DNA of 64,000 bases from Hemiscyllium ocellatum (taxonomy: Eukaryota), in NCBI RefSeq assembly GCF_020745735.1, contig NC_083409.1, forward strand, positions 19,798,341 through 19,862,340, read 5' to 3'. A program made the position numbers and the translations under genes. Below the pieces are notes generated by a model. It did no database searches. It saw nothing but the letters and a program-made list of their open reading frames with translations, and had not been told where the DNA came from. Every line of letters begins with the position of its first letter. The first letter of the stretch is position 1. Positions 47,790-59,999 of this stretch are shown here, in pieces.

Positions 47790-49810
47790 AATCATGGAAT
47801 CATCATACAGTGTAGAAGTTGGTCATTCAGCCCATCAAATCCACACCAACCCACAAAACAGCATCCCATTTGGACTGACTCCATTCCTGTACTGCAGCAT
47901 TTCCTATGGCCAACTCACCCGTCAACACTATGTGCAATTTAGCATGACTAATCCACGTAAACAACATATCTATGGACTGTGTGGAAGAAGCCCACACAGA
48001 CATGGTGAAAATGTGCAACCTCCACACAGACAGTTGTCCTAGCGTAGATTTGAACCCAGGTCTCTGGTGTTGGGAGGTAGCAGCACAAACCACTGACCCA
48101 GAATTCTGCCTTTTGCAAGCAGGTGGTGAGCTGCCTTCTTTAACCACTGCAGACCATGTGCTGTAGATAAACCCACAATGCTCTTCGGGAGGGAATTTCA
48201 GGATTTTAATCCAGTGACACTGGAGGAACAGTAAAATATTTTCAAATCAAGATTCTATGTGGAGAGGAACTTGTTTTTGGTCGTGTTCTGTGTCCTTCTA
48301 CATGGAAATGATGTGGGTTTGGAAGGTACTGTCTCAAGAGACTTGGTGTGAATTCCTGCAGTGCACCTTGTAGATGGTGCACACTGCTGTTACTGAGCAT
48401 CAGTGGTGGAGGGAGTGGATGTTCATTGATGTGGTGCCAATCAAGCAGGCTGTTTTGTACTGGAAGATATCAAGCTTCTTGATTGTTTTTGGAGCTGCAC
48501 CCATCCAGGCAAGTGGGGAGTAACCCATCACAGTCCTATCCAAAACTTGACTGATCTTTTCTTAATTCATTTACTGGATCGGGCATCACTTGCTATGTCA
48601 GCATTCATTGCCCAGAATCAAGTGGGGTGGTACAGCACTGGGACCAAGGTTTAATTCCACCCTCGGGCAACTGACTGTGTGGAGTTTGCACGTTCTCCCT
48701 GTGTCTGCCTGGGTTCCCTCCCGGTGATCTGGTTTCCTCCCACAGTCCACAAACGTGATGATTAGGTGGAATGGTCATGGGAAATGCAAGGTTATAGGGG
48801 AGTGGGTCTGGTTGAGATGTTCTTTGGAGAAGCGGTTTGGGCTGATTGGCCTACTTCCACATTGTAGGGATACTATGAATTTCTTCACTCAGAGGGTTTT
48901 GAATCTTTGGGATAATCATCGATACTTAGGCATTTGAATAAATTCAAGATAGAGATAATACACATGTGGGGAGGCAATGAGTTAATGGTATCATCATTAG
49001 ATTCTTAATCACAAGAGCCAAGTAATGTTCTGGGGGATCTGGGATCATCGCGGGGCAGCATGGTGGTACAGTGGTTAGCACTGCTGCCTCACAGCACCAG
49101 AATCCCAGGTTCGACTTTAGCCTCGGGTGACTGCCTTTTATGGAGTTTGCACATTCTCCCTGTGTCTGCATGGGTTTCCTCCGGGTGCTCCGGTCTCCCC
49201 CACAATCCAAAGATGTGCAGGTTAGGTGAATTGGTCACGCTAAACTGTCACTAGTCAGGGTTGAATATGGGGAATGAGTCTGGGTGGGTTACTCTTCGGA
49301 GGGTCGGTGTGCATTTGTTCGACAGAAGGGCCTGTTTACATACTGCAGGGAATCTAATCTAAATCCTGGCAATGTGTGGAGTGGAATTTTAAATCCAAAA
49401 AGACTCTGGAGTTAAGAGTCTAATGACGACCATTGTTGGGGGAGAACCCCATCGGGCCCACTAATATCCATCAGATTGCTGTCCTTGCCCATACTGACTG
49501 ACATATGACTCCAGATCCACAGCAACATAGAATCATAGAATCCCTACTGTGTGGAAGAAGGCCATTCAGCCCATCAAGTACAAGCAGCATCTCACCCAGA
49601 ACCAGCCCCCTCTCCTAACCTTACACTTCCATGGCCAATCCAACTAACCTGCACATCTCTGGACTGAGAGAGGAAACTGAGGCACCCGGAGGAAACCCAT
49701 TCAGACACAGGGAGGACATACACATTCAACACAGACAGTTGTCTGAAGGTGGAATCAAACCCAGGACCCTGGCGCTGTGAGGTAGTGACACCAGCCACTG
49801 TGACACCCAT
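47790..49810. mobile_element. Cluster of four HE1-type SINEs (- 47790-48095, + 48620-48875, + 49050-49362, - 49525-49810)
   Basis: Each shows the tgtggagtttgcac(a/g)ttctccc block, its complement or a degenerate variant. Confidence 0.7.
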
Positions 49811-51539
49811 TCCTCATCTCTGATCAAAATGTCTAACCCCTTATTCCCAGACTGGGGCTCTGCTTTAGAATCCCCAGGTAGGGGTTCATCCTTTCAATAT
49901 CTACCCTGTCAAGGCCCTGGAGAATTTTAAATGTTTCAGTGAAATCTCATCCCAGCCTTCTGAATTCTAGGGAATCCTGACCCAGTCCCCTCTCTCAATC
50001 ATTAGACAATTCCTCAGCCGGTCACATGAACTGTGGCAAGGTTTGATCATCTCAGTAAGAGTTTCAAGGAGGGAAGGAGAAAGAAAGACTCTTTCTGCTT
50101 TGAATCGATGCTAAAAACTGAAAAAGCAGGAAAATATTGTCACTAAGTATTGTTCACATATTCTTACTTTTCATCAAAGTGCTGGATGAGGTTTCTCATG
50201 AATTTCAGGAGGTCACTGGTGGTGTCCTTCTATTCTTTATTCCTGCCTTGTCTCTTGTTCATGTCCGTTGAGGAGAACGGAGTCAACCGAGAAGGAAATG
50301 AATAGCAGAGTTTGTTTTCTCTGTTGATTATGTTAACCTTGCTTGCTCCTCTGATCACCTGAAGAAAGGGCGAGGCTCTGAAAGATTATGTTTTCTAATA
50401 AACGTGTTGGACTATAATCTGGTGTCGCATGATTTTTGACCTTGTCTTCTGATCACATTTAGGTTATTCCCACGAGCACTGCATGTTCTTGCTTCTCCAG
50501 GTCAGCAGCTGGCGATCTTGACAATGGATTTGACAATGGTCTCCATCAGAGAGGAACCACAAATCAGGGACAGAGACCAGAGATTACAGGCCCCGCTCTT
50601 GCTCCTCAGTCCCAGACCCGAGCACAACGGGCCCCCTGGCATCCCAGGTACCGGTTGTTACGTCCCGGACCCTGTATATAATGCAATGGTGCAACTGATC
50701 CTTCTGATTTTTCCCAACCTCACCAGGTCTCCACAATCATTGAGATTCGTTAAATGCAGCCTTTGCCAATGAAGGACCCTGATTGATGGGAAACAGACTG
50801 AAATGGGTAAATAATAAAGTATTGGGGAGTTACAGACACAGTTTCCCAAGTGGAAATCTGATGCTATGGCTCTAACAGAGATCGGGAGGGACTGGGGAGT
50901 CCTGAATACAAAGTAAATATAGGAAAGAGGGAAAACTGCGAGAAGTGGTGGGATTGTTCTAGGCCCAGACAGGACTGACCAACCTTAGGCTCTGAGATAT
51001 GATGGAGATGAAGAGTGAACTGTGCCGGGCTTTAACTCACTGTTACCAGAGTAAAACAGGAATTATCCATTTCACAAGAGAGTAAATGGAACTAACATAC
51101 CAGGTGCATGTGAAACACCCACCCCATCTCTGAGAGAGGGGGACAAGAACAGGGACATTCTCAGACAGAAAGTATCACCCCGAGAGTGAAGGGTGGGGTG
51201 GGGATAGTGGCAGCGACATGCGCCCCCGCCCCCCCAGAGAGTGGGGAAGGTAACACCGACACATTTAAAACTGTATTATCACAAGCGAGAATTCAAACAG
51301 ACACCCACTCTATCATACGGTGTTGAAGATGCACTGTCCTCATCAAAACACGTTTGCAAACCTCTTCACAACACGTAAGGGGAGAGAAACATTGAAAACT
51401 GTATTATCACGAGTAAGGGTCCATTTAAATCTTAGACCATGATGTTAAATGTTCCGAGCCGTAAACAACACTGGTGTATTGATGTCATTCCCTTATTAAA
51501 CATTATTAAAACCTCTGTCAAACATTTTCCTGCAGGCAG

Positions 51540-52790
51540 TGTATTTAAAATATCAAGAGGCTTTCCCCATTGTTGGTTTGATCAGTGATGTAGCAAGGAA
51601 GCAGCAGCTGCCCCATGAACTCCAATAAAAGAATGAGAACAGGCTCTTCATACGGAGCTGGCTCCCGAGAATCCAATTCAACAGCAGGGACCAAAGAACA
51701 AGGAACAATAGATGTGTGAGGCAATAGATAAAAGAGATGTTTGAGGCAAGTATTTCACACAAAAGGAGTTGAGTACCTGGTACACACTGCCAGAGAAAGG
51801 AGTGGAAGCAGACACAATAGAAGTATTCAAGAAATACCTGCTCTAATGCATGAATAGGAAGGGAATAGAGGAATATGAATCCTGTAGGTGAAAACAGTTT
51901 CAATATGGAAGTGCAAAATGTGTCAGCACAGGCTTGGAGGGCCGAAGGGCCTGTTCCTGTGTTGTATTAAATTCCCCCGCCCCTTGAACCTCTGTTCCCC
52001 AATAATTGACCCCTCCACCCTGGGGAAAAAAAGCCTCATATTCTCCACTCTACATATCCCATTCACAACTTTATAAACTTCTATCAGGACACGCCTCATT
52101 TTTCCACATTCCAGTGAAAACAAACCCAGTCTATCAAACCTTTCTTCAGGACTACTATCCGCCATACCAGACAATATCCTGGTAAACATTTTCTGCACCG
52201 TCTTCAAAGCATCCATATCCTTCTGGTAGTGTGGTGACCAGAACTGTGCGCAATATTCCAAGTGTGGCCTAACTAAAGGTCGATAAAGCTGCAGCATAAC
52301 TTGTCTATCCTTATACGCAATGCCCCTTCCAATGAAGGCAAGCAGGCCATAAGTCTTTTTTACTGCCTTACCTCCCTGTGCTGCCACCTTCAGTGATCTG
52401 TGGACATACACACCCAGATCCCTCTGCATATCAATACTCCAAAGGATTCTGCCATTCACTGTATAATTCCCACCTGTCCATCACTTTTCAGAATGCATCA
52501 CCTCACATTTGGCTGGATTAAACTACATCTGCCATTTTTTTTGTCAATGCATCCAACTGATATAATATCCTGCTGTATCTTCTGACAATCCTTCTCATTA
52601 TCTGCAACTCTACCAATCTTTGTATCAACCATAAACTTACTAATTAGACCAGCTACGCTTTGCTCCAAATCATTTATGGAGATCATGAACAGGAGAGTTC
52701 CCACCACTGAATCCTGTGGAATATCACTAGTCACAGCCCTCCATTCTGAAAACCATTCTTCCATCGCTACCCTTTGTCACCTGTGACTAA
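51540..52790. mobile_element. Two opposed CR1 3' fragments (+ to ~51965, - from ~51965)
   Basis: LVRPHLEYCAQFWSPHYQKD on -; CR1 tail gggccgaagggcctgttcc on +. Confidence 0.75.
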
Positions 52791-53262
52791 CCAAGTTCTG
52801 TATCCAATGCTGGGAACATTCTTGACAAGACACCTTGTTGCCAGCTCGTTAAAGCAACTTGATCCAGTTTATTCAGAAAGACAAAAAGGACAATGTGAAG
52901 ATTGTTGAACAGGCCCCTACACCTGGGCCTGAGGCAGGAGCCCAATCTCCAACACACTGGCCTCACTTCACACCAACCTTCACACAGTGCAGCGTCATGA
53001 ACTCCGGCCATCAATTCCTCTGGGACCGGGACGGAGTGAGGGAACAGGAACAATTGTAGAACAGGCAATGAGGAGTAAAGCAAGATGGACAGGGTGTTTT
53101 GGAAAGTGTTTAATGGAGGAAACATACTTTGTGATACTCAGTATTGACATAGTCTACGTGTAGGAGGAGAAGGTGAGGACTGCAGATGCTGGAGATTAGA
53201 GCTGAAAATGTGTTGCTGGAAAAGCGCAGCAGCTCAGGCAGCATCCAAGGAACAGGAGAATC

Positions 53263-53290
53263 TATGTTTCGGTCATGAGACCTTCTTCAG
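53263..53290 (-). ncRNA. Minimal hammerhead motif with compensatory stem II change
   Basis: CTGAAGA-A-GGTC TCAT GACC-GAAACATA; lies in a 133-bp insertion (53163-53295). Confidence 0.55.
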
Positions 53291-56200
53291 GAATTTACAT
53301 GTATCACAGAATGAAAAATTAGCACAATCTGAAGACAATTAAAGTCACATCAATGTTTTTCTTTTTGATACATTTTCATTGTAGTATTCTGATTTAAGAG
53401 CTGTCCTCTCTAAGATTGAGCCGGTTGGATCCTCGCAGACCCCCAGTTATTTGTACTGTTCAGTAATGTGGGGATACCGATGGTGGAATGGGGAACACCT
53501 GACGAAGGAGCAGTGCTTCGAAAACTTGTGATTTCAAATGAACACCTTGAGCTGGAGCCTGGTGTTGTGTGCCTTCTGACTTTGTATTGTGCGGGCACAG
53601 TGAAACAGCTGCCTTCCAGTAGCTATAGAGTACTTGCAATGCAGCTGAGGAGTATGGGTAATGACTCCTTCCATTAGCCGTGAACAAACCCGCAGTCATT
53701 CCAGTGGATTCCAGTGGAAATGACCTTTCAGTTACTTCCCAGGTATTACATGGTTCACCATCGCCATCTCCAGGATAATTTGGGAAGAGCAAGAACTAAC
53801 CGACACGTCACGCCCGCCCTATCCCAGGAGAAATCAAAATAAATGGTATACAATTCAAATGATCAAACTGGTGAAGCTTGAATTCATCTCTTAGAAAGAC
53901 TGGAGCCTTGCCCGAAACAGGGCCTTGAAATGGGTGAACCTGGTTTGTCAGACTGCAAGGTGGAGTGTCCTTCGGATTAGCAGTGGGATCAGCAAAAAAA
54001 AATCGTACGCAAAGATCTAACAAACAGCCATCAAAGCGTGCCCCCAAAGTGCAAATATCAGTATTTGAAGCTCCACGTCTCCATCTCTATCCTTGCTTAT
54101 TGCTCTTCCCAAATTGTTCTGCAGAGGGCGGTAATGAGCCATGAGTGTCTCGAAGAGGATCTGACAGAGGGACAAGGTCATGTCCTCGGCCTGAGCGCAA
54201 CTGCCTGACCTGCTGTGCTTTTCCAGAGCCACACTTTTCGACTCCAAGCACAACTATCCCTCAGGAGAATGAGGTGTGGCGCAAGAGGAAACGTGGGAGT
54301 GTTGGAAAGGCACCGGCAGCCTGGTCAGCCTGCAGAGGGGCAGAAACAGATTTGATGAATGAGCTGATATCCTCCCGAGCTGAGATGCAGACTCAGGCTT
54401 TCAGAGCCACACAGTTTACATTGTTACTAACCGTGGCTCCATGGGCAATGCTCCTGCCTCATCGTCAAAATGGTCATTGGATTGAAAGCCACCTCAGAAA
54501 TGAGAGCACAGAATCCAGGCTGAGACTGTGGTGCACTGCTGAAAGTTGCACAGTCCCTGGCTCCATCATTTGAGACTCCACCACCACCACACCCCGACCA
54601 TCCCCACCCCCACCTCAGGGGACTTGACAAGATCCCATTCTGAAGAGGTTCACTCGGGGGCCCTGCTCAATATTCAACTCGTGCCACCAAAACAGATTTG
54701 TTTTGTCATTCGTTTACTATCTGTGGGACCTCACCATCTTGTCCGTGAATGTGACTGCTCTGTGCTCACAGCTTTGAATATCCTGAGATGATTTTAAAAA
54801 CTGCAACAACAAGAGTTCTTTCCTCATTATCATGCAAAAGGGGAGCAGTGAGCAAGTGAAAATGCACACCGACGGCAAACACTGAAGCTCCAGCCGAAAG
54901 ACTTGTTGAGCCATGGTATCCTGAACCATGGGCATTTCCTTCCAATGTCCGAGATGGTTATCAGGCTGTGAGGGAGGCTGACAGATCACATGGAATCCTT
55001 CAGGCAAGGTACACAAGGGCTCAGTCCAGGCTTGCTGCAAACATTGAAGGGCTGGGAGATTCTCTGTGGCAGTTTCTCGTGCACATCCTCCATGGAATTA
55101 TCACAGATTTTACTGAAATGGAATGAACTCAGAGAGGAGAAGGAAATGGGAATAATTAACCAGACAAGGGTGAGCATCAAGAGAAGTGGAAGTGTGTGGA
55201 AAATTCAGTGCCATTAAAATTCCCAACTGGGTTTCACAAGGAAAACTCAAATCGTTACCAGGATATAACAGGGAGAATCCTCACTGACATAAACAGGCCG
55301 AGTATCAGAGACTCTGAGCCTCCGGTGCCTGACCCTCTCTGAGGCATTACAGTCAAGGACTGCTCATGTGTCAAGAAGTGAGACTTGGGGACATGGGGTT
55401 GCGTCATGATTAATGACCGGAGAGGTACAGATTAAAGATAAATGGCCGAAGGTTAAGAGGGAGCATAAGGAAACACATTTTCACCCTGAGGGTGGTAGCA
55501 GTCTGGGACTCACTGCCTGTAAGGGTGTTTGGGGCAGAAACCCTCCCATAACATTGAAGTGTTTCAATGTGCAGTTGTGATGCCAAGGTATACAGGGCTA
55601 CAGGCCAAGTGCTGGAACATGGAATTAGAATAGTGAGGTGGTTGTTTAACTGGTTTTGGCTCATTGGGCCGAAGGGCCTTGTTCTTGTAGACCTGTTGTA
55701 GATGTCTGACTCTGCCAGGGCTCCAGCAATGTGGCTGACCCTTACCTGCCATTTGAAAGGCCGAGCAAGCCACTCAGTTTCAGGGCAGTTAGGGATGGGG
55801 AACAAATGCTGGTCTTGCCAGTGACACCCACATCCCAGGAAAGAATAAACAGCCCCAGTGATAACACCATCACCTGAATATGCAGGTTATAAGCCCCACT
55901 CCAGAGACTTGAGCACTATCCTGAGGCTGGCAAAGGCAAAGATACCATCTGCTGGATGATCGGTTAAACCACTGCCCTCTCAGGTCAATGTGAAAGTAAG
56001 GGTTTTCTGATCATCACAGAGGAAATCCCCCCCTCCCCCCCCTCCCCCGTCCCCCCAGTGTGCTGACCAATACTTCTCTTATAACCAATGGCATTAACAC
56101 AAATACAAAAACAAAATACTGCAAATCTAAAATAGAAGTGCGATGTTGGAAAAACGGTACAGGTGCAGCCTCTGTGGGGAGAGGAGGAATTAACTTTTTG

Positions 56201-57063
56201 AGGTTCAGTGATGTTTTATCAAAAAAGCAGCACCATTTTATTTTATTCCATTTTAAGTTGTTTTATTTATTTTATTCAAATTTTGTTTATCAAATTTTAG
56301 CCTGCTTGATTGGCACCACTTCTACACACATCCATTCCCTCCACACTAACACTCAGTAACATCTGTGTGTCCTATTTACAAGATGCACTGCAATAAATTC
56401 ATCAAAAGTCGTGATACATTCACTGCAGCTATATTTACCCTGAATCATTTCAATGCAATAAAGAAATGTTGATCTCACTTACAAATGAAAAATATCCATT
56501 CCTTCATTAGAGCAGTAATTGTCTTCGGTCTGTTTTGAAGTTTCAGTACTTTCCATTTATTAAACTTCCCTAATGGACATGTCCTGAAGCAGTCTATTTA
56601 TACAGCCCCTCAAAGTGAACAAATCCCAGATTCCTATTTTCTTGTTTATCATTTTGTTTTATTCAAACCAAGTGCATGTGCAGGCTCCCATCAGCTGAAG
56701 TGACAGTTCCAAATCAGTTTGGAAAAGCAAAGGTAGACTCCTTCTCTGAGTTTACCAAACTACCACGCTGACCAAACGTCCCAGCATTACCCTCTGTGCT
56801 GGCTGCACTCAGTGCGAGCTGCAGTATATAGGCTGCCCTGTATTTATACTGTTTCTGATTTATATCACTCCATTCTGTTGTGCTGTTGTTCAGGATATGG
56901 GTTAAGCTCACTCATTTCTCAATCGAAAGCTTCCTTCTTTCAGCATGAGAGAGACTTTACATTTGCAAACAGGAAATATGGCTTCAATACTGGAATCTGT
57001 TTTCAGGATTGATGGGCTCGATGATTTGATTCAGTGAAATAACCTCGTCTAATCTCTTCAGGG

Positions 57064-57465
57064 GCCGACATTTTAGGTCTAACTCTTCTTCAGGAAGGGG
57101 GGAATAGGTGTGAGGGGAGTTGCAGATAAAAGGGTTGGTTGGAGCGAGGTGGTGAGGTGGGGATAGGTTGAGAAAGATAGAGAGTATGACCTGATTGGTC
57201 GATGGGAGAGATGAATCCAGAATCATCCCACCCCTCAACCAACCAGGTCCTATCCTCTACCTGTCTCCACCTATCCCCATCTAACCAAATTGGCCCCACC
57301 ACTCACTTTATCTGCAACTCCCCCACCACCCACCCACCCCACTTCCTGAAGAAAAGTTACATCCAAAACGTCGACATCTGCACCTACTGATGCTGCCTGG
57401 CTTGCTGTGTTCTCCCAGCCTCCTGCTTGTCAACCTTGGATTCCAGCATTTGCAGTGTTTTTGTC
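57064..57465. mobile_element. Penelope insertion with inverted 5' arm and 16-bp TSD
   Basis: tctaatctcttcaggg at 57048-57063 and 57466-57481; arms head-to-head around ~57208. Confidence 0.75.
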
Positions 57466-58933
57466 TCTAATCTCTTCAGGGCCCAGGATGAGTGTGAGGA
57501 GATTGGGCTTTGATGGAACTACCCACTGACTCAAGTCAAAAGAAGCAAAGCAAGAAAGGCACGTGGATCGAATACAAGAGAGCAAGTTGTGAGGGAAAAC
57601 CAATTATTACCAGTTTGGCAATTACAAACGAGAGAGTGACAACATTGAATTGCTTCTGGTGTCATCCTCTGTGTCCTAACATTTCACAGAGCCAGCTCCA
57701 CGTCCATCCATTGACTTGGTCATTGAGAGTAAACAGTTCCCTTCCCACAGCCCTTTTTAAAAAGTCCTGTATCAGAGAAGCAGAGAATATTTCACCTTTT
57801 CTGGGAAAGATAGAGAAATATAGGATGTCAAGTAGCAGTTTCTCTGTCTGACAGAAGGATGTGTACTGTCTGTGGATTCTGGAGACCGATCACTGTGATT
57901 CCTCACTCCCATCAACACCTGACTTTATTCTAACAACAGTTTCTATTCTTCATTATAAAGTACCCCCACCAGTTTCAGACTAGACATTTCACACCCAGCC
58001 CCCATTTCCTCACATTGGAATCAAGAACCAAACTTGCCCCATCTCAGGATTGCCCTCTGAATGTGGTGTCAGTGTGCTAATGCTGTGTTTGATGAAAGAG
58101 CCACAGTGGAATATGGGACTGAATCCAAGGGGTTTCTGAGCCAGCAGCAGCCTCCCCGCTGTGTGAGGGTCTGTTTGGATAAGATTTCAGCCCCATGGTT
58201 CCCACTGATACTAGAACCATGGAGTGAGATTACTGGAGCCACGTGTGGACTGAGGAACACAACAGTCAGGACAATGAGCTGCTCTGGAATCCAGCCCTGG
58301 ATGATCCTCACTGAGATGGCCCAGGGGCTACAGAATATGACAGCAGAAGGTTTATCATTGATGATCCTCCCCAGCCGTGACTCCCAGATGCCCCCGGATT
58401 GAACATTCTCAATCTGACCCCATGGACACATGGGGCAATTCCATCCCATTTGAAGAGGAAAGAAAACCCAGGTCTAATTTATGGAATATTTATTTCTCAA
58501 ACCCTGTAGGATTGTTATTCTGAGGAACAAGAGCCTGCTGGTCATATTCATAAATACAGGGTTCCCAGTGGCTCTGGCTCACAAACACTTGAGTTGAATT
58601 TCTTGGCCTGGGATCTTGCTGTGCCTAAGGGATTGTTTGAGGTAATTTCCACCAGATTATTGTGTTCCCCAGTGTCCCTTCCTGCCTTTCTTTTTTTCTC
58701 CATTTATTGGGAAAGAATTCCTTGGGGCCCTGCATTCCTTCTGAAAAAACCCCTTCTGGATGCAGTTGTAGAATTGCCCTCCTGCTCCAGGGACCTCATT
58801 ACCCCCCTCGATTCTCCCCCTCTTGTTCCAGGCCTTGAAGTTGGAGGTTAACACTTCACACACCTTTCCCTGAGGTTTCAGCTCTGGCCATTCCCAAAGC
58901 ACACACAGAGACAGAAACTGAATCTTCTTCATC

Positions 58934-58939
58934 TTTATT
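58934..58939 (-). terminator. Poly(A) signal of C2 (distal)
   Basis: AATAAA on - with a GT-rich downstream element, homologous to 37062-37067. Confidence 0.75.
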
Positions 58940-59465
58940 CCTTTTTCCAGATTGACATTGACAGAAAACAGTCAGCAATTAACAGCCCAGACAGAGGAAG
59001 CTGCTCAAATTCACAGCCACAATGGAGCTTGAGGAAAACACTTGTGGAGTTTTTCTCAATAACATGGGAATCCTGTCCCTTTAAACAGTGACAAAACCTT
59101 AAACTGGAACTGGTGGCTGAGCAGGAAGGAGATCTGGTTTACTGAAGCAGAGACTTCTGAGGTTCACATTGTTTTTGTACAGCTGACAGTCTTCAGCATC
59201 TTCGAGAGGTTTTATTTGGCATCACTAGCCTTCACTGTCCAATCAAACACTCCTAGACCAGGGTCAGCATGGGGTTTGATACAGAGTAAAGATTGTTTTT
59301 GATGATCCCAAAGACCTGCCATAACCCTTGAAACTCAGACGTATCTCTGAGCCAATCCCAAGAAGGAAGAGAGTTGAAATTCAGTGCTGACAATGACCTT
59401 TGTCCTGCCAGCTCAGCCCGGTTCTATTTAAAGTTGTGTCTCCTCTGTGGACTGTCTCGAACACT

Positions 59466-59794
59466 CTACACACATTCTGATCTCTTGATGCTCTTGCTGA
59501 GGGGAGAGGGGAGGGTCACATGGGTGAGGGCACAGGAGAAGCGAGCATCGGACTCCCAGTCAGACCCAGAGAGGGTCAGCAGGCTGCTGACACTGTAGGT
59601 GCTGTCCGAAGCTCGCAGGTAGTTGCTGGTCTGAACCCCGTCCGAAATGACTGCACCGTCCTTCTTCCACTGCACCTCCAGCTCATCGGGATAGAAGTGA
59701 TTGGCAAGGCACACCAGGGTGGCAGTGCCCTTGGCATTGATCTGCTCCAGGGAGGGGGGCAACAGGGTCAGCTTGGGCTGAGAGTTGTCACGGC
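59466..59794 (-). CDS. IGKC: Ig kappa constant exon C2 (RDNSQPKLTLLPPSLEQ...SIKRSECV*), tail-to-tail with C1
   Basis: Acceptor ttttctcttgtctttcag|; 329 bp open exon, 320/329 identical to C1. Its V-J is not in the window. Confidence 0.95.
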
Positions 59795-59999
59795 CTGAAA
59801 GACAAGAGAAAATATTTTAATCCCTGTCATTCAAAGGGATTTCAACTCTGAAGGTTCATTGGTAAAACAATCCATTTGAACATTTGTATCCAATACCTAA
59901 CAAGCCCCATAAAAGGACAGGGACTTTTAAAATTGCTTCTTGTTATGTGAGTGTCACTGGAAGGGCCAGCATTTATTGACCATCCCTAATCGCCGCTGA

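Noticed and set aside
37100-58900. Search for a KDE/RS-like full RSS between the C genes (heptamers at 38660, 52983, 53596, 57891, 58102)
   Set aside because: None has a nonamer at 12 or 23 bp. The manual scan was not exhaustive.
59170-59208. Nonamer-like TGTTTTTGTACAGC in the C2 3' UTR
   Set aside because: No heptamer at 12 or 23 bp, so not an RSS.
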